Source: an uncultured SAR86 cluster bacterium (GTDB taxonomy: Bacteria > Pseudomonadota > Gammaproteobacteria > Magnimaribacterales > D2472). Taken from it: 64,000 bases of DNA. The position numbers and the translations under genes were made by a program. The DNA lies in contig CACLBJ010000004.1 of assembly GCA_902605165.1 (NCBI GenBank), forward strand, positions 33,874 to 97,873, given 5' to 3'. Below, in pieces: positions 19,795 through 28,852 of this stretch. A model generated the notes under the pieces. It was given only the letters and a program-made list of their open reading frames with translations. It had not been told where the DNA came from and made no database searches. The stretch's first letter is position 1. Every line of letters starts with the position of its first letter.

Positions 19795-21567
19795 TTGAAA
19801 GATAAAATTAAACATATTCCTGAATCGCCAGGCGTCTATAAGTTTTTTTCTAATAAAGAACTAATCTACATTGGAAAAGCAAAAAATCTTAAAAAAAGAA
19901 CCTCATCTTATTTTGGAAAGTCTCTAAAGGATAGAAAAACAAATCAAATACGAAGACTCACTGACCACATTGAAGTTTTTATAACTAATAATGAAGTTGA
20001 AGCGCTGTTGCTTGAGCAGAATCTCATTAAAGAGAATAAACCAAAATTTAATATTCTTTTAAGAGATGATAAAACATATCCATATATATTTTTTTCTCTT
20101 GATCAAGAATTCCCAGGAGTTTATCTAAAAAGAACAAAGGGTTCTGTTAATAAAAACTATATTGGCCCCTTTATAAGCTCTCAAGCTGTTAAAAACTCAA
20201 TAAAAGATATCCAGAAAATATTTAGGGTAAGAAATTGCTCTGATACAACTTTTAAATCAAGAACCAGGCCATGTATTGAGTTTCAGATGAAAAGATGCAG
20301 CGCGCCTTGTACTAAATATATAACAAAAGAAGAATATATGGAGGATATCGAAAAATCTAAGGATTATCTTACTTCTTCAAAAAGAAACATGGTTTCTAAT
20401 TTAAAAAAAGCTATGAAGATAGCTTCTGATGAACTTAACTATGAAAAGGCAGCAGAAATAAGAAATAGGATAAATCAAGTTGAAATCATTAATGAAAAAC
20501 AAGCCATTACTCCTAATGGGATTGACGCTGATATTTTCTCAGTTGAAAAGGTAAATAATTATGCTGGAATATGTATAGTAACTATAAGAGATGGAAAAAT
20601 ACGAGGAACAAAAACTCATTTAGTTAAGGATGCTTTTCTTGAAACCAAAAACAATCTTTATGAGTTAGCAGTTTTTAATTTCTACTCAAGTAAAGCTAAT
20701 TTACCAAAGAAAATATTCTTTGCATCGCCATCATATGAGCTAATTCTTATAAAAAAATGTATTAGAGATAATATTTCTGAAAAAATAGTTTTTCCAAAAA
20801 CAAGAAATTCTTTTATCAAGCCTATAGTCTCACTTGCAAAAAATAATGCTGCACAAATAATCCGAAATCATTTAAGTAAAAAAGAAAAATATGCTTTTGC
20901 ATATCAGGAACTTTCTAAGAAGCTAGGAACTAAAAAAATTGAAAGAATAGATGCATTCGATATAAGTCATCAATATATGAAACAAGGGGTTGGATCATGT
21001 GTGGTATTTGCAGAGAGCGGACCTTCAAAAAAAGATTACAGACTATTCAATATTCCAAATGATATGGCTGGTAATGATATTGCATCAATGGAGCATGTAA
21101 TTTCAAGGAGATTAAAATACTATGAGGATCAAAAACCTGACTTGATTTTAATAGATGGGGGAAGAACCCAATTAAATTTTACAAACAAAATACTCAAGAA
21201 TTTTGGCATGGAGAAAATTATAGTTTTAGGAATTGCCAAGGGCATGGGAAGAGTAAGGGCTACTGAAACTATATATACAAATAAAGGTATTTTAGAAATA
21301 GATCCTCATTCGGAGTCTTTTAAGCTTTTAAATGAGGCAAGAGATGAATCTCATAGATTTGCTATAACTGCATCAAGAAAAAAAATACGAAAATCAAATA
21401 AATATTCTGTATTGGATTCTGTTAAGGGTATTGGACCAATAACTAAAAAAGCTTTACTTAAGGAGTTTAAGAGTCTAAGAGGTATAAAAGATGCTTCAAA
21501 GGATGATCTAATGACTATCAAAAATATAAATGAGACAATGGCATTAGAAATTAAACAAAAATTATGA
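19795..21567 (+). CDS. uvrC: Excinuclease ABC subunit C
   Basis: GIY-YIG PGVYKF..IYIGKAKNL, FDISH, LIDGG, RDESHRFA and a C-terminal HhH. TTG start. Confidence 0.97.
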   Translation: MKDKIKHIPESPGVYKFFSNKELIYIGKAKNLKKRTSSYFGKSLKDRKTNQIRRLTDHIEVFITNNEVEALLLEQNLIKENKPKFNILLRDDKTYPYIFFSLDQEFPGVYLKRTKGSVNKNYIGPFISSQAVKNSIKDIQKIFRVRNCSDTTFKSRTRPCIEFQMKRCSAPCTKYITKEEYMEDIEKSKDYLTSSKRNMVSNLKKAMKIASDELNYEKAAEIRNRINQVEIINEKQAITPNGIDADIFSVEKVNNYAGICIVTIRDGKIRGTKTHLVKDAFLETKNNLYELAVFNFYSSKANLPKKIFFASPSYELILIKKCIRDNISEKIVFPKTRNSFIKPIVSLAKNNAAQIIRNHLSKKEKYAFAYQELSKKLGTKKIERIDAFDISHQYMKQGVGSCVVFAESGPSKKDYRLFNIPNDMAGNDIASMEHVISRRLKYYEDQKPDLILIDGGRTQLNFTNKILKNFGMEKIIVLGIAKGMGRVRATETIYTNKGILEIDPHSESFKLLNEARDESHRFAITASRKKIRKSNKYSVLDSVKGIGPITKKALLKEFKSLRGIKDASKDDLMTIKNINETMALEIKQKL

Positions 21568-22103
21568 TTACTAAAATACTTAACGTCATAACTCTTTCAA
21601 GAATCTTATGCGCAATATTAATTTATTTGATTTTATATTTAGAAAGTAACTACGCTGTAGCTTTATTTTTATTTTTTATTGCATCTTTTTCTGACTTTCT
21701 TGATGGCTATCTTGCAAGAAAAACGAACTCCGAATCCGTATTGGGGGAAATTCTAGATCCTATAGCTGATAAATTATTAATTGTGTTTGTTCTAATTGGT
21801 TTAAGCATAAACCTTGATAGTTTTTTAATTGGCTTTATTTCAGCTGCTATTATTTCAAGAGAAATTTGGGTAGCTGCTTTAAGAGATATCAACTCTAGAA
21901 ATAACCAATCTGATAAAACAAGAGTGACTTTTTTAGCAAAGATAAAAACTGCAATACAGATGTTGTCGATATTGATGTATCTTTTCGGTCTAACAATTAA
22001 TAATATGATGGTTCTTTTCTTTGCGGATATTATTCTTATAATCGCCCTTTTAGTTACAATTCAGACAGGTTTTCAATATACAATTTCAACTTTTAAGAAA
22101 TGA
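21564..22103 (+). CDS. pgsA: CDP-diacylglycerol--glycerol-3-phosphate 3-phosphatidyltransferase
   Basis: CDP-alcohol motif DFLDGYLAR...GEILDPIADK. uvrC-pgsA synteny. Confidence 0.93.
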   Translation: MITKILNVITLSRILCAILIYLILYLESNYAVALFLFFIASFSDFLDGYLARKTNSESVLGEILDPIADKLLIVFVLIGLSINLDSFLIGFISAAIISREIWVAALRDINSRNNQSDKTRVTFLAKIKTAIQMLSILMYLFGLTINNMMVLFFADIILIIALLVTIQTGFQYTISTFKK

Positions 22104-23068
22104 GCAAAGATAAAAAAATAATAGATATAGCTAGGCAAGTTATTGACGATGAAGTAGAGGCTCTAATTGGTTTAAAAGACTACATTGATGAAAACTTTGA
22201 AGAAATCATAGATATTATTTACAAGTGTAAAGGCCGACTAATTTTTACAGGAATTGGAAAGTCAGGACATATTAGTAAAAAGATTTCTGCAACTTTATCA
22301 AGCACTGGAACTAGCTCTTTCTTTATGCATTCCACTGAAGCCTTTCATGGAGATCTAGGGATGATTCAGAACGATGATATAGTTGTTGCAATAAGCTATT
22401 CAGGTGAGACAGATGATCTTCTAAAAACAATACCAATTATAAAAAATTTAGGCTGCTCTGTAATAGGCGTATCAGGAAATGATGAATCAACTCTTGCTAA
22501 GATTTCTGACTACCATCAGTTAATAAAAGTTGAAAAAGAAGCCTGCCCTCTTGATCTTGCTCCAACTTCAAGCGCTACTGCAACTCTTGTTTGGGGAGAT
22601 GCATTGGCAATTTCGTTAATGAATAAAAAAGATTTTAAACCTGAAGATTTTGCAAAGTCTCATCCTGGAGGTACTTTGGGAAAAAGATTACTTCTTTCAT
22701 CAAAAGATGTAATGGTTTCAGGAGATGAAATGCCAATCATTAATCGTGACGAGCTCACAAAAGATGTTATAAAGATTATTTCTGAGAAAGGCATGGGTGT
22801 GACATTTGTCAAGGATCACGATGATAAAATTATTGGTTTAATAACTGATGGAGATATAAGAAGAGCTATAGATAAATCAAATTACTTTTTCGATATGACT
22901 GCTCAAGACATTATGAGTAAAAGCTTTCTTTCCGTAAGTCCTGATGATTTAGCGTCCGATTGTTTGAATATAATGGCTAAAAAAAAGATAGGATGTTTAG
23001 CTGTAATGCAGGATGGTGAATTAGTTGGAATAGTAAATCAAAAAGATCTCGTGAAGCTAGGCATATAA
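22100..23068 (+). CDS. kdsD: Arabinose 5-phosphate isomerase (KpsF/GutQ family, SIS + CBS)
   Basis: GIGKSGHI, EAFHGDLG, EACPLDLAPTSS, HPGGTLGKRL and a CBS pair. Confidence 0.93.
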   Translation: MSKDKKIIDIARQVIDDEVEALIGLKDYIDENFEEIIDIIYKCKGRLIFTGIGKSGHISKKISATLSSTGTSSFFMHSTEAFHGDLGMIQNDDIVVAISYSGETDDLLKTIPIIKNLGCSVIGVSGNDESTLAKISDYHQLIKVEKEACPLDLAPTSSATATLVWGDALAISLMNKKDFKPEDFAKSHPGGTLGKRLLLSSKDVMVSGDEMPIINRDELTKDVIKIISEKGMGVTFVKDHDDKIIGLITDGDIRRAIDKSNYFFDMTAQDIMSKSFLSVSPDDLASDCLNIMAKKKIGCLAVMQDGELVGIVNQKDLVKLGI

Positions 23069-23475
23069 TGAAGATTTTAATAATGGGTTTATCAGGAAGC
23101 GGCAAAACATTTCTATCAAAACTTTTACAAAAAGAATTATCATGTGCTTGGTACAACGCAGATAATCTAAGAGAGATGGCTAATGATTGGGATTTCACAG
23201 ATGAAGGGCGAATGAGGCAGAGCTCTAGGATGAGAGCAATAGCCGATTTTGAGAAGCAAAATGGAAGAAAAGTAATTTGTGATTTTATATGCCCAAAAAA
23301 AAGTTCAAGAAAAATATTTGATGCTGATTATTGTATTTGGATGGATACAGTTAAGGAGAGCAACTTTAAAGATACAGATAAGATCTTTGAAGAGCCAGAA
23401 AATTTTAATTTAAAGATTTCTAAGTGGAATCAATATAGTCCTTCAGAAATAGCAGAGTTAATTAGAAATGTTTGA
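23068..23475 (+). CDS. Small P-loop kinase, adenylyl-sulfate kinase-like
   Basis: GLSGSGKT P-loop, NADNLR, DFTDEGRMRQ, DFICP, FEEP. It is only 135 aa and lacks the RDPKGLY lid of canonical CysC. Confidence 0.72.
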   Translation: MKILIMGLSGSGKTFLSKLLQKELSCAWYNADNLREMANDWDFTDEGRMRQSSRMRAIADFEKQNGRKVICDFICPKKSSRKIFDADYCIWMDTVKESNFKDTDKIFEEPENFNLKISKWNQYSPSEIAELIRNV

Positions 23476-23860
23476 TACAAAGAAACCAACAGTTCTTCTT
23501 TTAGGAAGATGGCAGCCTTGGCATGATGGTCATTCTGCACTTTTTGAAAGAGCGCTATTAAAAACTGGGCAGGTAATAATTCAGGTCAGAGATGTGCAAG
23601 ACTCTTCTGGAGGCAAGGGTCAGGATGATAATCCATTTTCATTTAAAGAAATATCAGAAGATATTTCAGAAAAGCTCAAAATATTAGGATATAAATTAAA
23701 TGAGGACTTTATTATTCAGCTTGTACCCAATATTACTAATATAACTTATGGGCGAGGTGTAGGATATACAATAGAAAAAGAATCATTCAACTCGGATACT
23801 GAGTCTATCAGTGCAACGAGGATAAGAAAGAATTTGAGAGCTAAAGGTAAAATTAAATAA
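23468..23860 (+). CDS. Small HxGH nucleotidyltransferase (NMNAT/PPAT/cytidylyltransferase-like)
   Basis: LGRWQPWHDGH, DNPF and terminal ISATRIR motifs. Confidence 0.78.
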   Translation: MFDTKKPTVLLLGRWQPWHDGHSALFERALLKTGQVIIQVRDVQDSSGGKGQDDNPFSFKEISEDISEKLKILGYKLNEDFIIQLVPNITNITYGRGVGYTIEKESFNSDTESISATRIRKNLRAKGKIK

Positions 23861-23863
23861 AAT

Positions 23864-23937
23864 GGCTGGGTGGCAGAGTGGTCATGCAGCGGACTGCAAA
23901 TCCGTTTACGCCGGTTCGATTCCGGCCTCAGCCTCCA
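23864..23937 (+). tRNA. tRNA-Cys(GCA)
   Basis: GGCTGGG...CTCAGCC acceptor stem, anticodon arm GCGGA-CTGCAAA-TCCGT, T-loop GGTTCGATTCC, encoded CCA. Confidence 0.97.
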
Positions 23938-23972
23938 TAAGTTACAAAAAAAATTCTTAAAAATATAAAAAA

Positions 23973-24026
23973 ATGAAAGTTGGCATTATGGGTTATCGCT
24001 TCATTAAAGCAGTTCATATAAATTAA
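23973..24026 (+). pseudogene. Possible relic N-terminus of a Rossmann-fold (nucleotide-sugar) dehydrogenase
   Basis: ATG..TAA reads MKVGIMGYRFIKAVHIN, resembling a decayed MKVGIxGyGFVGKAV start. It lies between the two tRNAs. Confidence 0.4.
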
Positions 24027-24086
24027 CTATTATAAATATAAAACGTATAATCAAAGCTTCAATGAAAAGAATAATTTTTGAAAAAT

Positions 24087-24173
24087 GCCCGAGTGGTGGA
24101 ATTGGTAGACACAAGGGACTTAAAATCCCTCGATAGAAATATCGTGCCGGTTCAAGTCCGGCCTCGGGCACCA
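24087..24173 (+). tRNA. tRNA-Leu(TAA)
   Basis: GCCCGAG...CTCGGGC acceptor stem, anticodon arm AGGGA-CTTAAAA-TCCCT, long variable arm, GGTTCAAGTCC, encoded CCA. Confidence 0.97.
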
Positions 24174-24335
24174 CTTAAAATCTTTGGAAAAATAATTACC
24201 TGATAAATATAAATATCACTTATTTCATAGATTAAATATTTTCAATACAACCTCTGAAAATATTATGTATGTTAAAATTGAATATATTAAGATATATACC
24301 GATTATAACGAAGACTAATTTACCCATTTAATATT

Positions 24336-25247
24336 ATGGAGCAAATAAATAAAACAAATGACATTGATGACGATATTAATATTTCACAGATAATTGAAGT
24401 ATTTTTGGAAAAAAAATTATTGGTTGTTTCTATCACATTATTTTTTGCAATCTTTTCGGTTATTTACGCATTATCACTTCCTAATATTTATACCTCTAAA
24501 AGTCTTTTAGCGCCTACAGCTGTTGAGGATTCATTATCAACTAAACTTTCTTCATATTCTTCAATTGCTAATTTGGCGGGGGTAAGTTTGCTAAGAGAAA
24601 GTGCTACAAAAAGCGCTGAGGCGATCGCAAGAATGCAATCTTATGAATTTTTTTCTGAATTCATCGTTCCAAGCATAGGTCTTGAAAACATAATAGCTGT
24701 TAAGGAATGGGACTCGTTAAATAATAAAATTATTTATGACAAGAACTTATATGATGTTAATACTGGCAAATGGGTAGATGATACAAAAATTTCTCAGCAA
24801 AAAGCCTTTGAAGTATTTTTAAGCATCTTCTCATTATCGGTTGATAGAGAAACTTCTTTCATAAATATATCAATTCAGCACAAATCACCATTTATGGCAA
24901 AAAAATTACTTGAAACAATTATTGTTAATATAAATGAAAACATGAGATCTCAAGATATTAGGCTTGCACAAGCTTCTATTAGCTATCTAAATGAGTCAAA
25001 AAACCTTACACAATTGCAGTCTATACAGGAAGGAATTTCAAACCTTCTAGAAAATCAGATGCAAACCCTAATGTTAGCTTCATCAAATGAATCATATATA
25101 TTCAAAGTAATTGATTCACCTCTAGCACCTGAGAGAAAATCTGGTCCAGTAAGAAGTATTATTTGCATAGTTATAACTATGATAGGTGGATTTTTATCAT
25201 TAATTGCTGCATATTTTCAACACCTTCGTGAATCTAAAAATATATAA
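24336..25247 (+). CDS. wzz: Polysaccharide co-polymerase / chain-length determinant (Wzz, PCP-1)
   Basis: N- and C-terminal TM helices, LPNIYTSKSLLAP, and Pro-rich VIDSPLAPERKSGP before TM2. No kinase domain. Confidence 0.88.
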   Translation: MEQINKTNDIDDDINISQIIEVFLEKKLLVVSITLFFAIFSVIYALSLPNIYTSKSLLAPTAVEDSLSTKLSSYSSIANLAGVSLLRESATKSAEAIARMQSYEFFSEFIVPSIGLENIIAVKEWDSLNNKIIYDKNLYDVNTGKWVDDTKISQQKAFEVFLSIFSLSVDRETSFINISIQHKSPFMAKKLLETIIVNINENMRSQDIRLAQASISYLNESKNLTQLQSIQEGISNLLENQMQTLMLASSNESYIFKVIDSPLAPERKSGPVRSIICIVITMIGGFLSLIAAYFQHLRESKNI

Positions 25248-25269
25248 TTCGTAATAAAATCATACAAAT

Positions 25270-26445
25270 ATGATCAAAAACAGAATAACTATAGTAGGCT
25301 CGGGATTCGTTGGCATGTCATTAGGCGTAATGCTCGCTCAAAAAAATGACGTTGTAATTCTTGATATTGACAAGGAGAGAGTTGATAAGATTAACAAAAA
25401 GATTAATACGATTTCAGACAAAGAAATAGATTCATTTTTAGTTGAGAAAGATTTAAGCTTGTCGGCAACAACAGATAAAAAAAGCGCTTTTTCTAGCTCA
25501 GAATTTATAATAATAGCAACGCCAACAGATTATGATCCCCAAGAAAATTATTTTAATACAGAATCTGTTGATTCATGTGTGGCACATGCTATTGAGATCA
25601 ATCAAAATGCTTTAATCGTAATTAAATCAACTATTCCGGTTGGACATACAAAAAAACTCCAAAAAAAATATAAAACTGATCGAATTATTTTTTCACCTGA
25701 ATTTTTGCGAGAAGGAAATGCTTTGAAAGATAACCTTTTTCCTTCCAGGATAATTGTTGGTGGCCATCATGAGTTATGCAGAAAATTTGTTGAAATTTTG
25801 AGAGATTGTTCTTTAAAAGAAGACATAGAGACTCTTTTTGTTGGTTCAGAAGAGGCTGAATCTATAAAGCTTTTTGCTAATGCTTATTTAGCAATGAGAG
25901 TATCCTTTTTTAATGAGCTAGATTCTTATGCACTTGAAAATAATCTAAATTCTAGAAGTATCATAGATGGTGTTTGCTTAGATAGAAGGATAGGCAAAGG
26001 ATATAATAATCCATCTTTTGGATATGGTGGCTATTGTTTGCCGAAAGATACTAAACAACTTTTAGCTAATTTTGATAAGGTTCCTCAAAATATAATAGAA
26101 GCAATTATATTATCTAACTCGACTCGTAAAGATTTTATTACTAAACAGATTCTTAAATATAAGCCAAGTGTAGTAGGGATTTATCGTTTAATAATGAAGG
26201 AAGGAAGTGACAATTTCAGATCATCTTCAATTAAAGGAATTATAAGTAGGGTTATCGATTATGATGTTGAAATTATTATTTATGAACCAGGAATTCAAGA
26301 TAGATCATATCAAGGAATATCAGTAGTAAATGATATAGAAAAATTTAAAGTTAAAAGTGATATTATTGTTGCTAATAGAATGTCAAAAAGCTTGCTAGAT
26401 GTAAAAATGAAATGTTTCACAAGGGATTTATTTAATGAAAATTAA
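25270..26445 (+). CDS. ugd: UDP-glucose 6-dehydrogenase
   Basis: GSGFVG, IIATPTDYD, FSPEFLREG, YNNPSFGYGGYCLPKD, SDNFRSS. Confidence 0.95.
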   Translation: MIKNRITIVGSGFVGMSLGVMLAQKNDVVILDIDKERVDKINKKINTISDKEIDSFLVEKDLSLSATTDKKSAFSSSEFIIIATPTDYDPQENYFNTESVDSCVAHAIEINQNALIVIKSTIPVGHTKKLQKKYKTDRIIFSPEFLREGNALKDNLFPSRIIVGGHHELCRKFVEILRDCSLKEDIETLFVGSEEAESIKLFANAYLAMRVSFFNELDSYALENNLNSRSIIDGVCLDRRIGKGYNNPSFGYGGYCLPKDTKQLLANFDKVPQNIIEAIILSNSTRKDFITKQILKYKPSVVGIYRLIMKEGSDNFRSSSIKGIISRVIDYDVEIIIYEPGIQDRSYQGISVVNDIEKFKVKSDIIVANRMSKSLLDVKMKCFTRDLFNEN

Positions 26446-26517
26446 TAATATTATTTATATAAATTATTTCCATCAAGTTGCTTCTTGCATAATAGCTTTA
26501 AGTTTTTTTATAAAATA

Positions 26518-27528
26518 ATGAAAAATATTATCGTAACTGGCTCTGCTGGATTTATTGGATCTTATGTGGTTTTAAGACTTCTTGAAAAAGGTATAAAAGT
26601 ATATGGATTAGATAACCATAATCATTATTACGATCCGCAATTAAAGGAAGCCAGGCTTAAGAGATTCATTGATCATAAAAATTATACTCATTACAGAACA
26701 GATCTTTCTGATATGACTATGTTAAATAATATTTTTGATGCTGCGAAACCATGGGGCGTTGTTAACCTTGCTGCTCAAGCTGGTGTTAGATACTCTATAG
26801 AAAATCCTAAAGCTTATATAGATAGCAATATTATTGGATTTGGTAATATCTTAGAGTGTTGCAAGATTCATAATGTAAAGCATTTAGTTTATGCAAGCAG
26901 TTCAAGTGTATATGGCTCAAATGAAAAAATGCCTTTTTCTGTTCATGACAATGTTGATCATCCCATAAGTATGTATGCTGCCACAAAAAAGGCGAATGAA
27001 CTGATGGCACATTCATATAGCAGTTTGTTCAATATACCTACAACAGGACTGCGTTTTTTCACAGTTTATGGTCCATGGGGAAGGCCAGATATGGCACTGT
27101 TTAAATTTACAAATGCTATATTGGAAGGAAATCAGATAGATGTATATAATCATGGTAATCATCTAAGAGATTTCACTTATATTGATGATATTGTGGAAGG
27201 TTTAATTAGAGTATTAGAGAAGCCTGCAAAACCCAATCCAGCATGGGATGGAGTTAATCCAGATCCAGGTTCAAGCAAATCTCCATGGAAAGTCTATAAT
27301 ATTGGTAACAACAGCCCAGTTAAGCTCTCAGATTTCATTGAGACGATAGAGAAAACTTTGGAAATAAAAGCTAAACAAAACTTTCTTCCTCTTCAAGAGG
27401 GAGACGTACCAAATACATATGCTGATGTTGAGGATTTAGTTAAAGAATTTGACTATAAACCCTCAACACCAATTAATGATGGTATAGAAAAATTTATAAT
27501 TTGGTACAGAAAATACTATGAAGTATAA
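26518..27528 (+). CDS. UDP-glucuronate 4-epimerase (CapI/Gla-like)
   Basis: TGSAGFIG, LAAQAGVRYS, YAATKKANE, FFTVYGPWGRPDMA. ATG at 26518. Confidence 0.88.
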   Translation: MKNIIVTGSAGFIGSYVVLRLLEKGIKVYGLDNHNHYYDPQLKEARLKRFIDHKNYTHYRTDLSDMTMLNNIFDAAKPWGVVNLAAQAGVRYSIENPKAYIDSNIIGFGNILECCKIHNVKHLVYASSSSVYGSNEKMPFSVHDNVDHPISMYAATKKANELMAHSYSSLFNIPTTGLRFFTVYGPWGRPDMALFKFTNAILEGNQIDVYNHGNHLRDFTYIDDIVEGLIRVLEKPAKPNPAWDGVNPDPGSSKSPWKVYNIGNNSPVKLSDFIETIEKTLEIKAKQNFLPLQEGDVPNTYADVEDLVKEFDYKPSTPINDGIEKFIIWYRKYYEV

Positions 27529-28800
27529 ATGAAAGAAAACATAAAAATAACGATTGTTGGTCTTGGATATGTTGGACTCCCCCTTGCTGTAGAGTTTTCA
27601 AAATATTTTTTTGTTAAAGGCTTTGATGTTAATGGTAAAAGAATTGATGAATTGAAAAAAGGCATTGACTCTACGCACGAAGTGAATTTAGATGAATTAA
27701 AATCATCGAAAAACTTAACTTTTACGTCTAATGAAAGAGACATCAGTGATAGTAATGTATATATCGTTACTGTTCCAACTCCAATAGATGAATATAAATC
27801 TCCTGATTTATCTCCTCTTATTAGTGCCTCAAAGTTAATTGGAAAAAATATTAGTAAAGGTGATTATGTTGTATATGAATCAACTGTATTTCCTGGGTGC
27901 ACGGAGGATGAGTGCGTTCCAATTTTAGAAAAATATTCAGGATTAAGATTTAATAAAGATTTTTTTGTTGGCTATAGTCCTGAAAGGATTAATCCTGGTG
28001 ATAAAACTCATCACCTTAGAGATATCATAAAAATTACCTCAGGATCATCTCCAGCAGCTGCAGACTTTGTTGATAATTTGTATGGTTCAATCATAAATGC
28101 TGGAACTCACAAGGCACAAAGTATAAAAGAAGCAGAAGCGGCTAAAGTAATTGAAAATACTCAAAGAGATTTAAATATTGCATTAATAAATGAATTATCA
28201 ATGTTATTTGATGAATTAGATATTTCAACTATTGGTGTTTTAAATGCTGCAGCTACAAAATGGAATTTTCTTCCATTCAAGCCTGGCTTGGTAGGAGGCC
28301 ATTGTATTGGAGTTGATCCATACTATCTTACTCATAAAGCATTGTCAGTAGGATTTAACCCTGAGCTTGTTTTAGCTGGAAGAAGAACTAATGACGGGAT
28401 GGCTAAGCATGTTGCAAGCCGACTCATAAAAGAAATGATAAAAAAAAATATTAATCCAGCAAAATCTAAGATTTTAATTTTAGGCCTCACTTTTAAAGAA
28501 AATTGCCCAGACATAAGGAATACAAAAGTTGTGGATCTTATATCAGAATTAGAAGATTACTCTTGTTTCATTGATGTTAATGATCCACTTGCAGATTATG
28601 AGAGTGTAAGAGATGAACATAATATTAAATTAGTTAGCTTGAGCTCAAAAGAAAAATACGATGCAATTATTCTATCAGTGGCTCATGAACAGTATACAAA
28701 GTTAACTATTAATGATTTTAAAGGACTAATAAATGAAGGTGGTATCATATTTGATTTGAAGAATGTTGTTCCTGAAGAAGTAAACTGTATAAGATTATAA
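27529..28800 (+). CDS. UDP-N-acetylhexosamine 6-dehydrogenase (TviB/WbpO family)
   Basis: GLGYVGLPLA, YESTVFPG, GYSPERINPGD, PGLVGGHCIGVDPYYL, TFKENCPDIRN. Confidence 0.92.
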   Translation: MKENIKITIVGLGYVGLPLAVEFSKYFFVKGFDVNGKRIDELKKGIDSTHEVNLDELKSSKNLTFTSNERDISDSNVYIVTVPTPIDEYKSPDLSPLISASKLIGKNISKGDYVVYESTVFPGCTEDECVPILEKYSGLRFNKDFFVGYSPERINPGDKTHHLRDIIKITSGSSPAAADFVDNLYGSIINAGTHKAQSIKEAEAAKVIENTQRDLNIALINELSMLFDELDISTIGVLNAAATKWNFLPFKPGLVGGHCIGVDPYYLTHKALSVGFNPELVLAGRRTNDGMAKHVASRLIKEMIKKNINPAKSKILILGLTFKENCPDIRNTKVVDLISELEDYSCFIDVNDPLADYESVRDEHNIKLVSLSSKEKYDAIILSVAHEQYTKLTINDFKGLINEGGIIFDLKNVVPEEVNCIRL

Positions 28801-28852
28801 TTTTTTAAAGTTTTGAGCAGCTAAAACCATAATACAAAAAAATAAATCTATT

